NCBI GenBank assembly: GCA_019244185.1
Contig: JAFATB010000025.1
Coordinates: 64,001-128,000, forward strand
Reading direction: 5' to 3'
From: Acidobacteriota bacterium
GTDB lineage: Bacteria; Acidobacteriota; Thermoanaerobaculia; Gp7-AA8
DNA length: 64,000 nt
Shown here: positions 1 through 10,050 of the stretch, in pieces
Position numbering within the stretch: position 1 is the stretch's first letter
Layout: each line of letters opens with the position of its first letter
Program-made: the position numbers and the translations under genes
Notes under the pieces: model-generated
The model's input: only the letters and a program-made list of their open reading frames with translations
What the model was told of the DNA's origin: nothing
Database searches by the model: none

Positions 1-24
1 CTCGACCGCAAGAAAGGCATTTGA
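1..24 (+). CDS. Possible 3' end of an upstream gene (..LDRKKGI*), partial
   Basis: In-frame TGA at 22-24 followed by a terminator; too short to identify. Confidence 0.35.
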   Translation, partial: LDRKKGI

Positions 25-46
25 CGCGACTTACGTACAACAGGCG

Positions 47-82
47 CAACGGCGGGCGCACGACGCCCGCCGTTGTTTTTTG
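47..82 (+). terminator. Intrinsic terminator
   Basis: CAACGGCGGGCG-cacga-CGCCCGCCGTTG hairpin followed by a T-run. Confidence 0.85.
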
Positions 83-98
83 CTAACCTCCCCGCTCA

Positions 99-755
99 GT
101 GCAACTCTGGACGGCGTTTTTACATACGGGTTGGGTGGGGCGGACCGTCCTGGCCATCCTTCTTCTGTTCTCGATCCTCTCGTGGGCGATCATGCTCGCC
201 GTCTGGCAGCGGTTCCGCCGCTCGCAGCGCGCCTCGCGCAAGTTCATGAGCATCTTCCGCAAAGCGAAGCGCCTGGCCGACGTCCAGTCCGCCCTCGGCC
301 CTCTCGCACACGCGTCGCTGGTCGGCCTCTTTCGCGCCGGCTACGCGGAGATCGAGGCGCAGATCGCGCACGCCGAAGGGCGGCAGACCGTGCGATCGCT
401 CGACAGCGTCGAACGCTCGCTCGTGCGCGCGTCGCGCATCGAGACCGCGCGGCTCTCGCGCTTCGTGCCGTTTCTCGCCACGACCGCGTCCGCAACGCCG
501 TTCATCGGTCTCTTCGGAACGGTCTGGGGCATCATGGAAGCGTTCGGGCAGATCGGCGCGACCGGCTCGACGTCGATCACCGCGGTCGCTCCCGGCATCA
601 GCGAGGCGCTCATCAACACCGCGGCGGGACTCTTCGCCGCGATCCCGGCGCTCCTCGCCTACAACCTCTGCGTGCAGAAGCTGCGCGGCGCGCGCGGCGA
701 GATGGAAGACTTCACGCTCGAGTTCCTGAATCTCACCGAGCGTAATTTCACGTGA
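99..755 (+). CDS. tolQ: TolQ (MotA/TolQ/ExbB proton channel)
   Basis: [14 protein letters not shown] and [22 protein letters not shown] motifs; first gene of a tol-pal cluster. Confidence 0.93.
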   Translation: MQLWTAFLHTGWVGRTVLAILLLFSILSWAIMLAVWQRFRRSQRASRKFMSIFRKAKRLADVQSALGPLAHASLVGLFRAGYAEIEAQIAHAEGRQTVRSLDSVERSLVRASRIETARLSRFVPFLATTASATPFIGLFGTVWGIMEAFGQIGATGSTSITAVAPGISEALINTAAGLFAAIPALLAYNLCVQKLRGARGEMEDFTLEFLNLTERNFT

Positions 756-774
756 GCTCCCGCGTCTAACGATC

Positions 775-1192
<418 letters not shown>

Positions 1193-1212
<20 letters not shown>

Positions 1213-1957
1213 AGTGCTCGCGCAGCGGGCGACGCTCGAGCGCGGCGCGCTCGCGGGCGTGGCGTGGTCGCTCGTGCTGCACGGCGGCTTGATCGCGCTC
1301 GTGTTCTACGCGGCGACGCATGCCGAGGCGCCGCGGCCGGCGACGACGGTGAGCATCCAGTTCGCGCAGCTGCGCGCGGCGCAGCGTTCCGCGCCCGCGA
1401 TCGCGAAACCGGCGCCCGTGCTGACGCCGCCCGCGCCGCCGAAGCTCGAAGCACCGAAGCCGAAGATCGAAGAGCCGAAGCCCGCGGTCGAGACGCCGCC
1501 GCCCGCGAAGATCGAGAAGAACACCGTTCCGCTGTCGCCGTTCGGACGCTCGACGAAGAAAGGCTCGGAGACGCCGCCGCCGACGAAGCCCGCCGCCGCG
1601 CCGCCGCCAGTCGTGCCGCCGAGCGGCGCCGCGACGACGACCGACGTGCCGATCGGCGGCACCGGCATCCAGGGACTCGAAGGCGGCGACTTCCCGTACA
1701 CGCTCTACATCGAGGCAATGCAACGGAAGATCGGCAGCAACTGGTTCCGCCCGCAGCTCGCCGGCGGCGCCGCGACGATCATCTACTTCCGCATCCAGCG
1801 CGACGGCTCGATCGCCGAGGCGCGCGTCGAGACTTCCAGCGGCAACGCGACGTTCGACCGCGCGGCGCTCTCCGCCGTGCGTAGCTCTCACCCACTGAAC
1901 CCGCTTCCGTTCGGCTACAGCGGAAGTTACCTCGGAGTACACCTGACTTTCCGATGA
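1193..1957 (+). CDS. tolA: TolA/TonB family protein
   Basis: N-terminal TM with SLVLH, Pro/Lys-rich linker, TonB C-terminal domain ([15 protein letters not shown]); lies between tolR and tolB. Confidence 0.8.
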
Positions 1958-3240
1958 AGACATCACTGCTTTTGCTCGCCACGCTCGCCCTCGCGCCGCT
2001 CGCCGCCGCGCAGACCGACATCAACACGACGCTGAACGCGAACCAGGCGGCGCAGGTCGTGCGCATCGCCGTGCCGTTTCCCGAGCTCGTGCCGCCGTCG
2101 GCGCCGGTCGCGCCCGAACCGGTCAACAGCGAGGAAGTGCGCAACGGCTTCTTCGGTCCGCTGACGCGCGACATCGCCTACTCCGGCATCTTCGCCATCG
2201 CGCCGCTGCCGCCGTCCGTGCCCGTCAATACGGAACTGCTGAAACGCATCAACGCGCAGTTGCTGCTCCGGCTGAACGTATGGAAAGAAGGCGACGACTA
2301 CGTGGTGGAAGCGCGTCTCGTCGATCAGGCCGGATCGACGCAACTCGGGAAGCGCTACCGCTCCCCCGCCCCCGCCCTCGGGCGGACGGCGCACATGCTC
2401 GCCAACGAGCTCGTACGCACGCTGAACGGCCGGCCCGGCGTGTTCCTCTCGCAGATCGCGTTCGCGTCGAACCGCACGGGCAACTGGGAAATCTGGCTGA
2501 TGGATTGGGACGGCTCGAACCAGCGCCGCATCACGTTCCACAACGCGCTGTCGATCCTTCCGAGCTGGTCGCCCGACAACGAGCGCATGGTCTACACGTC
2601 GTTCGCGCGCGGCACGAGCGACATGTACATCATCAACCGGCGCGGCGGCGGTCGGATGCGCATCAACAGCGGCCTCGCGCTCAACACGTCCGCGACGTTC
2701 TCGCCGGTCGGCGACGACATCGCGTTCGTCGGTTCGGTGCACGGCAATCCCGACATCTACCTCATCAAGGATGACGGCTCGAACATCCGCCGGCTCACGA
2801 CGACCGGCTCGGTCGAGTCGACGCCGGAGTGGAGCCCGAACGGCCGGCAGATCGCGTTCACGTCCGGCCGCAGCGGCACGCCGCAGATCTACGTCATGGA
2901 CGCGGAAGGGACGAACGTCCGCCGCATCTCGTACGACGGCAACTGGAACGACGACGCGGTGTTCTCGCCCGACGGCGAGAAGCTCGCGTATACGTCGCGC
3001 GTCAACGGCCGCTTTCAGATCCGCATCGCCAACCTCATTACCAATGAGAGCCGCATCGTCGCCGGCGAAGGCTCGAACGAGCAGCCGACGTGGTCGCCGG
3101 ACGGCAACTGGATCTCGTTCCAGTCGAACCGCAGCGGCGCGTGGCAGGTCTACCGGATGCGCATCGACGGCACCGACCTCTTGCAGCTCACGTTCGACGG
3201 CGAGAACAAAGAGCCCGATTGGTCCAAGAAACCGGAGTAA
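1954..3240 (+). CDS. tolB: TolB beta-propeller protein
   Basis: Signal peptide, repeated PD40 PxWSPDG motifs, operon position. Confidence 0.92.
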   Translation: MKTSLLLLATLALAPLAAAQTDINTTLNANQAAQVVRIAVPFPELVPPSAPVAPEPVNSEEVRNGFFGPLTRDIAYSGIFAIAPLPPSVPVNTELLKRINAQLLLRLNVWKEGDDYVVEARLVDQAGSTQLGKRYRSPAPALGRTAHMLANELVRTLNGRPGVFLSQIAFASNRTGNWEIWLMDWDGSNQRRITFHNALSILPSWSPDNERMVYTSFARGTSDMYIINRRGGGRMRINSGLALNTSATFSPVGDDIAFVGSVHGNPDIYLIKDDGSNIRRLTTTGSVESTPEWSPNGRQIAFTSGRSGTPQIYVMDAEGTNVRRISYDGNWNDDAVFSPDGEKLAYTSRVNGRFQIRIANLITNESRIVAGEGSNEQPTWSPDGNWISFQSNRSGAWQVYRMRIDGTDLLQLTFDGENKEPDWSKKPE

Positions 3241-3270
3241 ACGTTTAGAATCCGTGGAGGGAGTGGAATC

Positions 3271-3879
3271 ATGAAGAAACTGAGCAACATCCTGCTGACG
3301 AGCCTGGCGGTCGTACTGATCGTGCTCGCCCCCGCCTGCCGCTCGAAGAAGAAGAACATCCCGCCGGTGGTGACGCCGAGCGACACATCCGCGTCCGCCC
3401 CCGACGTCGCGCCGCCGCCGGCCACGAACACCGGCACGACGGTCGCGCCGCCGACGGACTTCGTCGACGAGACGCCGAAGCCGGTCGAGGAAACGCTGCC
3501 CGCCGACATCGAGCAGCTCAACCGCTACGTGCAGCAGAAGGGCTATCTGCGCGACGCGTTCTACAACTACGACGAGGCGACGCTCGACGACGCCGCGCAG
3601 TCCGCGCTCTCCGCGTCCGCGACGTGGCTCAAGAGCAAGGACGGCGCGGGCTACAACCTCCTCGTCGAAGGACACTGCGACGAGCGCGGCACCGAGCAGT
3701 ACAACCTCGCCCTCGGCGACCGCCGCGCGAACAGCGCGAAGGACTATCTCGTCACGCTCGGCGTCGACAGCGGCCGCATCCGCACCGTCAGCTACGGCGA
3801 AGAGCGCCCGTTCGATGAAGGACACGAGGACTCCGCGTGGGCGAAGAACCGCCGCGCGCATCTCGTCCTGGTGAGATAA
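3271..3879 (+). CDS. pal: Peptidoglycan-associated lipoprotein Pal
   Basis: Lipobox LAPAC; EGHCDERGTEQYNLALGDRRA; WAKNRRA. Confidence 0.95.
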   Translation: MKKLSNILLTSLAVVLIVLAPACRSKKKNIPPVVTPSDTSASAPDVAPPPATNTGTTVAPPTDFVDETPKPVEETLPADIEQLNRYVQQKGYLRDAFYNYDEATLDDAAQSALSASATWLKSKDGAGYNLLVEGHCDERGTEQYNLALGDRRANSAKDYLVTLGVDSGRIRTVSYGEERPFDEGHEDSAWAKNRRAHLVLVR

Positions 3880-3883
3880 CGCG

Positions 3884-4738
3884 ATGCGACTCCTCTCCCG
3901 AATCGTTCCGGCGGTGCTCGCGCTCGGCACCTTCGCCTGCGTCTCGACCTCCGACTTCCAGCAGGTGCAGTCGCAGGTCGCAGAACTGCAGGAACAGCTC
4001 GCGTCGGTGAAGCGCACGGCCTCGTCGAAAGAAGAGGTGCAGGGCGTCAACCAGCGCATCGCCGAGCAGACCGAGACGCTGCTGAAGTCGAACGCGACTC
4101 TTGTCGCAAAGGTCGACGAGATCGACGAGCACGTGCAGAACATGCAGGGCGCGATCGAGCAGGGCGGCTACCGCAACGACCGCCTCGCGCAGCAGCTCAC
4201 GCAGGCGCAGCACGACATCGAGACGCTGCGCGCGCAGCTCGCCGCGATGCAGGCCGCGCCGCCCGCGGCTGCATCCGCCGGTACGACCGCTCCCACTGCC
4301 GGCACCGCGGCGATGAGCGAGGTCACCGTTCCCGCGCCCGTCACGCCCGCCGCCGACCCGATGCAGACGTATCAGGCCGCGTATCGCGACTACCAGCGCG
4401 GCAACTACGACCTGGCCATCGAGGGCTTCCGCGATTTCCTCGCCGCGAACGCCAATTCCGAGCTCGCCGACAACGCAAGCTACTGGATTGGCGAGTCTCT
4501 TTACTCGCAGAAGAAATATCAGGAGGCCATCGAACAGTTCGATAGCGTCGTCAACAAATATCCCCGGTCCGACAAGGTGCCGGGCGCGTTGCTGAAGAAA
4601 GGCTACGCGTACATCGCCCTCGGACAGAAAGCACAAGGAATTGTGCAACTGCAGTACGTCGTGCACGAGCACCCGAAGTCGCAGGAAGCGCCTCTGGCGC
4701 GCCAGAAACTGAAGGCGCTCGGCATCGATACCAAGTAA
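3884..4738 (+). CDS. cpoB: CpoB/YbgF tol-pal TPR protein
   Basis: Lipobox, coiled coil, C-terminal TPRs (ADNASYWIGES, KVPGALLKKG) after pal. Confidence 0.9.
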   Translation: MRLLSRIVPAVLALGTFACVSTSDFQQVQSQVAELQEQLASVKRTASSKEEVQGVNQRIAEQTETLLKSNATLVAKVDEIDEHVQNMQGAIEQGGYRNDRLAQQLTQAQHDIETLRAQLAAMQAAPPAAASAGTTAPTAGTAAMSEVTVPAPVTPAADPMQTYQAAYRDYQRGNYDLAIEGFRDFLAANANSELADNASYWIGESLYSQKKYQEAIEQFDSVVNKYPRSDKVPGALLKKGYAYIALGQKAQGIVQLQYVVHEHPKSQEAPLARQKLKALGIDTK

Positions 4739-4774
4739 ACTACGCCGCTTTAACTTTCAATCAGGAGCAGATTC

Positions 4775-5041
4775 ATGGCGAACATTGCCTCGGCCGAGAA
4801 ACAGAGACGGCAGGCCGAAAAACGGAAGGCGCGGAACCGCGCGGGCAAGTCAAACCTGCGCAGCGCGCTCAAGAAGGCCCGCACGGCCATCACCGGCGGC
4901 GACGCGGACAAGGACGTCCTCGCGACCGGGTTCTCGGCCATCGACAAGGCAGCCAAGCGCGGTCTGATCAAGGACAACACCGCGGACCGCTACAAGTCGC
5001 GGCTCGCCGGCGCGTCCAAGCGCACGGCGTCCTCGAAGTAA
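4775..5041 (+). CDS. rpsT: 30S ribosomal protein S20
   Basis: MANIASAEKQRRQAEKRKARN..AIDKAAKRGLIKDNTADRYKSRL; AGGAG SD. Confidence 0.96.
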   Translation: MANIASAEKQRRQAEKRKARNRAGKSNLRSALKKARTAITGGDADKDVLATGFSAIDKAAKRGLIKDNTADRYKSRLAGASKRTASSK

Positions 5042-5067
5042 CGCACGCGCGCAACAGCCTTGTCGCA

Positions 5068-5106
5068 CAAAGCGGCGCATCCCTCGCGGGTGCGCCGTTT
5101 TTGTTT
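5068..5106 (+). terminator. Intrinsic terminator after rpsT
   Basis: GCGGCGCATCC-ctcgc-GGGTGCGCCGT hairpin plus T-rich tail. Confidence 0.85.
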
Positions 5107-5256
5107 GTGAGCCCGTCCGCTCGTCCACGACCTCCCGCGCCGCAGCCGCACTTCCGGGATCTGATCGATCGACTCCGAAGACGCTGCCAAACGACGCGGC
5201 GAAGTCTTTCCTCGAGCCCAACCCGAGCTGTGCCAGAGCAGATGGGAGCGATCGAC

Positions 5257-5601
5257 GAAGGTCGGTAGCTTCAAGCTGAAGGCAGGTCGCTTCAAATCGA
5301 TGGTCAGCCGCTTCAAAGGCGAAGGTCGGCAGCTTCGACTTGAAGGTCGGCAGCTTCGACTTGAAGGTCGGTCGCTTCAAACGTGAACGTCGGCAGCTTC
5401 GACTTGAAGGGCGGTCCCTTCAAACGTGAACGTCGGCAGCTTCGACTCGAAAGCCGGCAGCTTCGAGTCGAGGGGCGTCCGCTTCGATTTGAAGGTCGGC
5501 AGCTTCGACTTGAAGGTTGGTAGCTTGAAAATTGAAGATCAGCAGTCATTCAAAGAGTACGCGAGCGCGCAAGTCGAAGGTGACCAGCTTCAATTTGAAG
5601 G
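5257..5601. repeat. Tandem array of ~16 degenerate 21/22-bp palindromic units (consensus GAAGGTCGGCAGCTTCGACTT)
   Basis: Exact consensus copies at 5321, 5342 and 5491; 13 contiguous units at 5257-5533; register kept through 5601. Confidence 0.92.
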
Positions 5602-5612
5602 AGGGACGTCGC

Positions 5613-6521
5613 TTAGGTCAGCGCCGCCTCGATCACCGCGGGCTCCTGCACCTCGCGGTTCTTCGCCGGGAAGCGTCGATCGAACGCTACGAACAGCGCC
5701 GCGATCACGATGAACATGAAGAGGCTCGCCTCGAGACCGCGCGGGCCTCCGGTGATCCAGTCGGCGCCCGTCCAGCGCGTGGCGAGAAAGCGATCCGCGA
5801 GCGGCTTGCCGTCGTTGCCCGTGTTCGGCGCGCCGAGGACGTTCAGCGCGATGAAGTCGAACGCGGTGTGGAAGCCCGCCGAGAACCAGAGATCGCCCGT
5901 GCGCCGCAGCGCGAAGGTCATGAAGAGTCCGAGCAGGCCAACCGTCGTCGCGTCGACCCAGTTCTCCATCGGCTTGGTGAAGTAGTGCAGCGCGCCGAAG
6001 AGAATCGCCAGCAGCCACGCCGCCGGCCAGAAGCCCATGCCGCGCGCCAGCGCGTCGAATGGATATCCACGGAACAGGAACTCCTCGAAGAAGCCGAGGA
6101 CGATCATGGTCACGAACCAGAGCACGACCGCTTTCGCGAGCGCGGCGCCGTGCAGCGCGAGCCCGTCGATGTGCGCACCACCCGCCGCGACGACCATCCC
6201 CATCGCCGCCAGCGGCGCGAGCGTCCCCCACAACATCCCCTCCCACCACTTCGCCCCGAACGCGATCCGGATCGGAAATCCATAGGATCCGACCGTGCGC
6301 CGCTCCCAACGCGCGAATGCGGTCGCGACCGCGAGCATCGCCACGAAACCGGCGCCGTCTGAGATCAGGAAGTCCAGGACGTTGAATCCCGGCGACGGCT
6401 TGTAGCCCGCTTTCATCACCGCGAACTGCAGGAGGTTCTGCAGCGTCATCGACGCGACCACGAACAGGAGAAATCGCCATCCGGCGCGCACGCCGTTGGG
6501 ACCGACGAAGATGGTCTTCAT
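5613..6521 (-). CDS. CPBP/Abi (CAAX) family intramembrane metalloprotease
   Basis: EEFLFRGY, FGALH and SAGFHTAFDF motifs; multiple TM segments. Confidence 0.88.
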   Translation of the reverse strand: MKTIFVGPNGVRAGWRFLLFVVASMTLQNLLQFAVMKAGYKPSPGFNVLDFLISDGAGFVAMLAVATAFARWERRTVGSYGFPIRIAFGAKWWEGMLWGTLAPLAAMGMVVAAGGAHIDGLALHGAALAKAVVLWFVTMIVLGFFEEFLFRGYPFDALARGMGFWPAAWLLAILFGALHYFTKPMENWVDATTVGLLGLFMTFALRRTGDLWFSAGFHTAFDFIALNVLGAPNTGNDGKPLADRFLATRWTGADWITGGPRGLEASLFMFIVIAALFVAFDRRFPAKNREVQEPAVIEAALT

Positions 6522-6607
6522 GAAAAGGATTACGGGCGCGGCCGCGAACGGGTTTCAGATGCTCGGTGAGCCCGGGGTATCGTAGGTCGCGCGATGGAGC
6601 CGGTCCG

Positions 6608-6862
6608 ATGAGTCCAACCATCTTTCGCGAGGGACCGGCCGTGACGAACGTTTCGCGCCACGGCTTCTGGCTCTGGCTCGGAACGGGCGAACTGTTCGTG
6701 CCGTTTTCGGAGTTCCCGTGGTTCGCCGACGCCACCATCGCAAAGATCACGAACGTCGAACGGCCAGCCGAAGACCATCTCTACTGGCCCGATCTCGACA
6801 TCGACCTCTCGATCCGCTCCATCGAGCATCCTGAAGAGTTCCCGCTCCGGTCGCGGTCGTGA
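6608..6862 (+). CDS. DUF2442 protein with a DUF4160-like N-terminal stub
   Basis: VTNVSRHGFWL..PFSEFPWF..HLYWPDLDIDLS is typical of DUF2442; ATG at 6608 with GGAG upstream. Confidence 0.75.
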   Translation: MSPTIFREGPAVTNVSRHGFWLWLGTGELFVPFSEFPWFADATIAKITNVERPAEDHLYWPDLDIDLSIRSIEHPEEFPLRSRS

Positions 6863-6870
6863 TCGCGGTT

Positions 6871-7383
6871 TCAGAAGCCTTCGAGGAGGTTCGTGAGCAG
6901 CCCTTCCGCGAAGCGCACCGCGATCTCGGTGATCGCGCGCGTCTCCTGGTCGAACGCGTCGGTGCTTTCGAGGTTGACGTCGTAGTCCTCGGTGAAGCGG
7001 TACTGGTCGTTTTTCCAGATCACTTTGTCGTCGTGGCGGTGGTCGACGAGCTCGATCTTCGCGGTGATCGAGACCTGGTAGCGCGTGGCGCGGCCCTGGT
7101 CGAACGCGATCGGGAAGATGTTGAACGTGTCGATGGAGCCGCGGAGGATGGCGTCGGCTTCGTTCGCGGTGGTGACGAGGCGCAATCGTCCGCGCGACAC
7201 GAACTCCTCGGCCACGGCCTGCGTCACGCGCTGCTCGAGCTCGACGCGCGTGGTGCGGTTGACGAAGGCCGGCACCTGGATCGTGTGGATGCTCGGATCG
7301 AGCAGGTTGCTGTGGCCGACGAGCGCGTAGCCGCAACCGGAAAGCGAGAGGCCGAGCAGCGCGGCAACGAGCAGCTTTCTCAT
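6871..7383 (-). CDS. lptE: LPS assembly lipoprotein LptE
   Basis: Lipobox LSGCGY; directly downstream of leuS (conserved synteny). Confidence 0.8.
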   Translation of the reverse strand: MRKLLVAALLGLSLSGCGYALVGHSNLLDPSIHTIQVPAFVNRTTRVELEQRVTQAVAEEFVSRGRLRLVTTANEADAILRGSIDTFNIFPIAFDQGRATRYQVSITAKIELVDHRHDDKVIWKNDQYRFTEDYDVNLESTDAFDQETRAITEIAVRFAEGLLTNLLEGF

Positions 7384-9914
7384 TTCACCACCACGTTCAC
7401 CAGCTTACCCGGTACGTAGATCTTCTTCACGATCGTTTTTCCGGCGAGCCAGGTCTGGATCTTCTCGTTCGCGTCGACGGCCGCCCACACGCTCGCCTCT
7501 TCCGGCGGCGCGGCCACTTCGACCTGCCCGCGCAGCTTGCCGTTGACCTGCACCGCGATCACGACCTCGTCCTCCTGCATCAGCGCGCGGTCCGCGACCG
7601 GCCACTTCGCGGTGAGGATGAAGCCGTCGTTGCCGAAGAGCGACCAGAGCTCTTCGGTCGCATGCGGCGCGAACGGATGCAGGAGCTTGAGCAGCGTCTC
7701 GTACGCCTCGCGCAGTTCCGCGCCGCCGCCGGCATTGACGGCGTCGCCGAGGACGTTCGAGAACTCCATCAGCGCGGAGATGGCGGTGTTGAACTCGAAG
7801 CGCTCGATGCGCGACGTCACGGCGTCGATGGTCTGGTGCATTTTGCGGATCACCCGGGGATCGACGTCGCCAGACACTTTCGCGTTCAGAATCGCGGCGC
7901 CCATGTTCCAGACGCGGCCGAGGAAACGATACGCGCCGATGACGCCCTCGTCCGACCACGCGGCTTCCTTCTCCGGCGGCGCGATGAAGAGCGTGTACAC
8001 GCGCTCGGTGTCGGCGCCGAAGCGTTCGATCAGCTCGTCGGGAGGCACGACGTTGAAGCGCGACTTCGACATCTTGCCGATCTCCGCGGTGAGCTCGGTG
8101 TCGCCGCGATACGGTTTGTTGTCGCGCCACTCGACTTCGGCCGGCGGCACCCACGAGCCGCCCGGCGTCTTGAAGCCTTCCTTAATGATCATGCCCTGGT
8201 TGAAGAGGCGCGCGAACGGCTCTTCGAACTGCAGCAGTCCCATGTCGTGCAGCGTGCGCGTGATGAAGCGCGCGTAGAGCAGGTGCAGGATCGCGTGCTC
8301 GATGCCGCCGATGTACTGGTCGACCGGCAGCCAGCGATTCACGAGCGCGGGATCGAAGATCTTCTCGTCGTCGCGCGGCGTGACGAAGCGCAGGAAGTAC
8401 CACGACGAGTCGACGAACGTGTCCATCGTGTCCGTCTCACGGCGCGCGGCACCGCTGCATTGCGGGCATGTCGCGTTGACGAACGCCTCGTGCTTCGCGA
8501 GCGGATTCCCTTCGCGTCCCGTGAACGGCACGTCGAGCGGCAGGCGCACGGGCAGCTGCTCTTCCGGCACCGGCTGCAGACCGCACGCGTCGCAGTAGAT
8601 CATCGGAATCGGCGTGCCCCAGTAGCGCTGGCGCGAGATGAGCCAGTCCCGCAGCCGGTACCGCACGGTCCCTTTGCCCAGACCGCGCTCTTCGATGATC
8701 TGGATGATGCGCTCGATGGCCCGCGGCACCGGGAGTCCGTCGATGGGACCGGAGTTCACGATGACGCCGTTCTCGTCCTTGAACGTGAACGCCTCCGCCA
8801 TCGCCGCAACGTCAACAGGTTGACCATCCGGCGGTCCGACCACGACCCGCAGCGGCAGACCGTACTGGCGCGCGAACTCGAAGTCGCGCTGATCGTGCGC
8901 GGGGACGGACATGATCGCGCCGGTGCCGTACTGCGGCAGGACGAAGTTCCCGAGCCAGATCGGGATCTCTTCTTCGGTGAACGGATTGATGGCCGTCTTG
9001 CCGGTGAAGCGTCCTTCCTTCCCTGCTTCCTGACGCTCGAGCGCCGACTGGTTGCGCACGTTGGCGATCCACGCCTCGATCTCCGCGCGGTCGGGATGAT
9101 CGGCGATGAGCTGCTGCACGTCGGGGTGCTCCGGCGCGAGAACCATGAACGTCGCGCCGAAGATCGTGTCCGGACGCGTGGTGAAGATGCGCAGCGCGTG
9201 GCCGAGCGCAGGGACCTGGAAGTCGACGTCGGCGCCGAGCGAGCGTCCGATCCAGTTCCGCTGCATCAGCTTCACCTTCTCGGGCCAATGCTCGAGCGTG
9301 TCGAGTCCGGCATCGAGACGATCGGCATATTCGGTGATTTTGAAGAACCACTGCGAGAGCTCGCGTTGTTCGACGAGCGCGCCGCAGCGCTCGCAGCGGC
9401 CGTCGACGACCTGTTCGTTCGCGAGCACCGTTTGATCCTGCGGACACCAGTTCACGGGCGCGGTGCCGCGATACGCGAGGCCGCGTTTGTAGAGTTGCAG
9501 GAAGAGCCACTGGTTCCAGCGGTAGTAGTCGGCCTCGCACGAGGCGATCTCTTTCGACCAGTCGTAGAGGATGCCCCAGCGTGCGAACTGCGCCTTCATT
9601 CGCCCGATGTTGCCGAGCGTCCATTCGCGCGGATGGATGCCGCGCTTGATGGCGGCGTTCTCCGCGGGCAATCCGAACGCGTCCCACCCCATCGGATTGA
9701 GCGCAGCGCGGCCCTGCATGCGGAAGTAGCGATAGAGCGCGTCGCCGAGGATGTAGTTGCGGCCGTGCCCGACATGCAGATCGCCGGACGGGTACGGAAA
9801 CATGTTCAGCATGTAGAGCTTGTCGCCCGGCGCGGCGACGTCGATCTCCGCGACGCGCGCGTCCGCCCATGCTTTCTGCCACTTCGGTTCGATGTCGGTG
9901 GGTCGGTATTGCAT
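7380..9914 (-). CDS. leuS: Leucine--tRNA ligase
   Basis: MFPYPSGDLHVGH (HIGH), KMSKS, GGIEHAILHLLYARF; start at MQYRPTDIEPKWQ. Confidence 0.97.
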   Translation of the reverse strand: MQYRPTDIEPKWQKAWADARVAEIDVAAPGDKLYMLNMFPYPSGDLHVGHGRNYILGDALYRYFRMQGRAALNPMGWDAFGLPAENAAIKRGIHPREWTLGNIGRMKAQFARWGILYDWSKEIASCEADYYRWNQWLFLQLYKRGLAYRGTAPVNWCPQDQTVLANEQVVDGRCERCGALVEQRELSQWFFKITEYADRLDAGLDTLEHWPEKVKLMQRNWIGRSLGADVDFQVPALGHALRIFTTRPDTIFGATFMVLAPEHPDVQQLIADHPDRAEIEAWIANVRNQSALERQEAGKEGRFTGKTAINPFTEEEIPIWLGNFVLPQYGTGAIMSVPAHDQRDFEFARQYGLPLRVVVGPPDGQPVDVAAMAEAFTFKDENGVIVNSGPIDGLPVPRAIERIIQIIEERGLGKGTVRYRLRDWLISRQRYWGTPIPMIYCDACGLQPVPEEQLPVRLPLDVPFTGREGNPLAKHEAFVNATCPQCSGAARRETDTMDTFVDSSWYFLRFVTPRDDEKIFDPALVNRWLPVDQYIGGIEHAILHLLYARFITRTLHDMGLLQFEEPFARLFNQGMIIKEGFKTPGGSWVPPAEVEWRDNKPYRGDTELTAEIGKMSKSRFNVVPPDELIERFGADTERVYTLFIAPPEKEAAWSDEGVIGAYRFLGRVWNMGAAILNAKVSGDVDPRVIRKMHQTIDAVTSRIERFEFNTAISALMEFSNVLGDAVNAGGGAELREAYETLLKLLHPFAPHATEELWSLFGNDGFILTAKWPVADRALMQEDEVVIAVQVNGKLRGQVEVAAPPEEASVWAAVDANEKIQTWLAGKTIVKKIYVPGKLVNVVVK

Positions 9915-10050
9915 AAGAGATCGCGCAGTATAAGGCGGCCCGGCCGCCTGCGCTGATTGGCAAAGCCCGGTGCGCCAGCCGCAGCACGACTTCACGCAGT
10001 GCCACGACGGAGCGGCACAACGTGGCGCAACTTCCGCTACTCTTCCCGCC

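Noticed and set aside
1963-4143. Long antisense or alternative-frame ORFs (also 7662-9956, 12921-15569, 16637-18571, 35829-38009, 42955-45546)
   Set aside because: Shadow ORFs from high-GC codon bias opposite well-supported genes; Arg/Ala-rich with no recognisable motifs
5257-5601. CRISPR array interpretation
   Set aside because: Units are directly tandem with no unique 25-45-bp spacers, and there are no cas genes in the window
4850-5713. ORFs with FKSKLPT or LKVGSFD repeats across the array
   Set aside because: Frames are broken by the 22-bp units and the ORFs overlap rpsT or the CPBP gene; likely artefacts of the repeat
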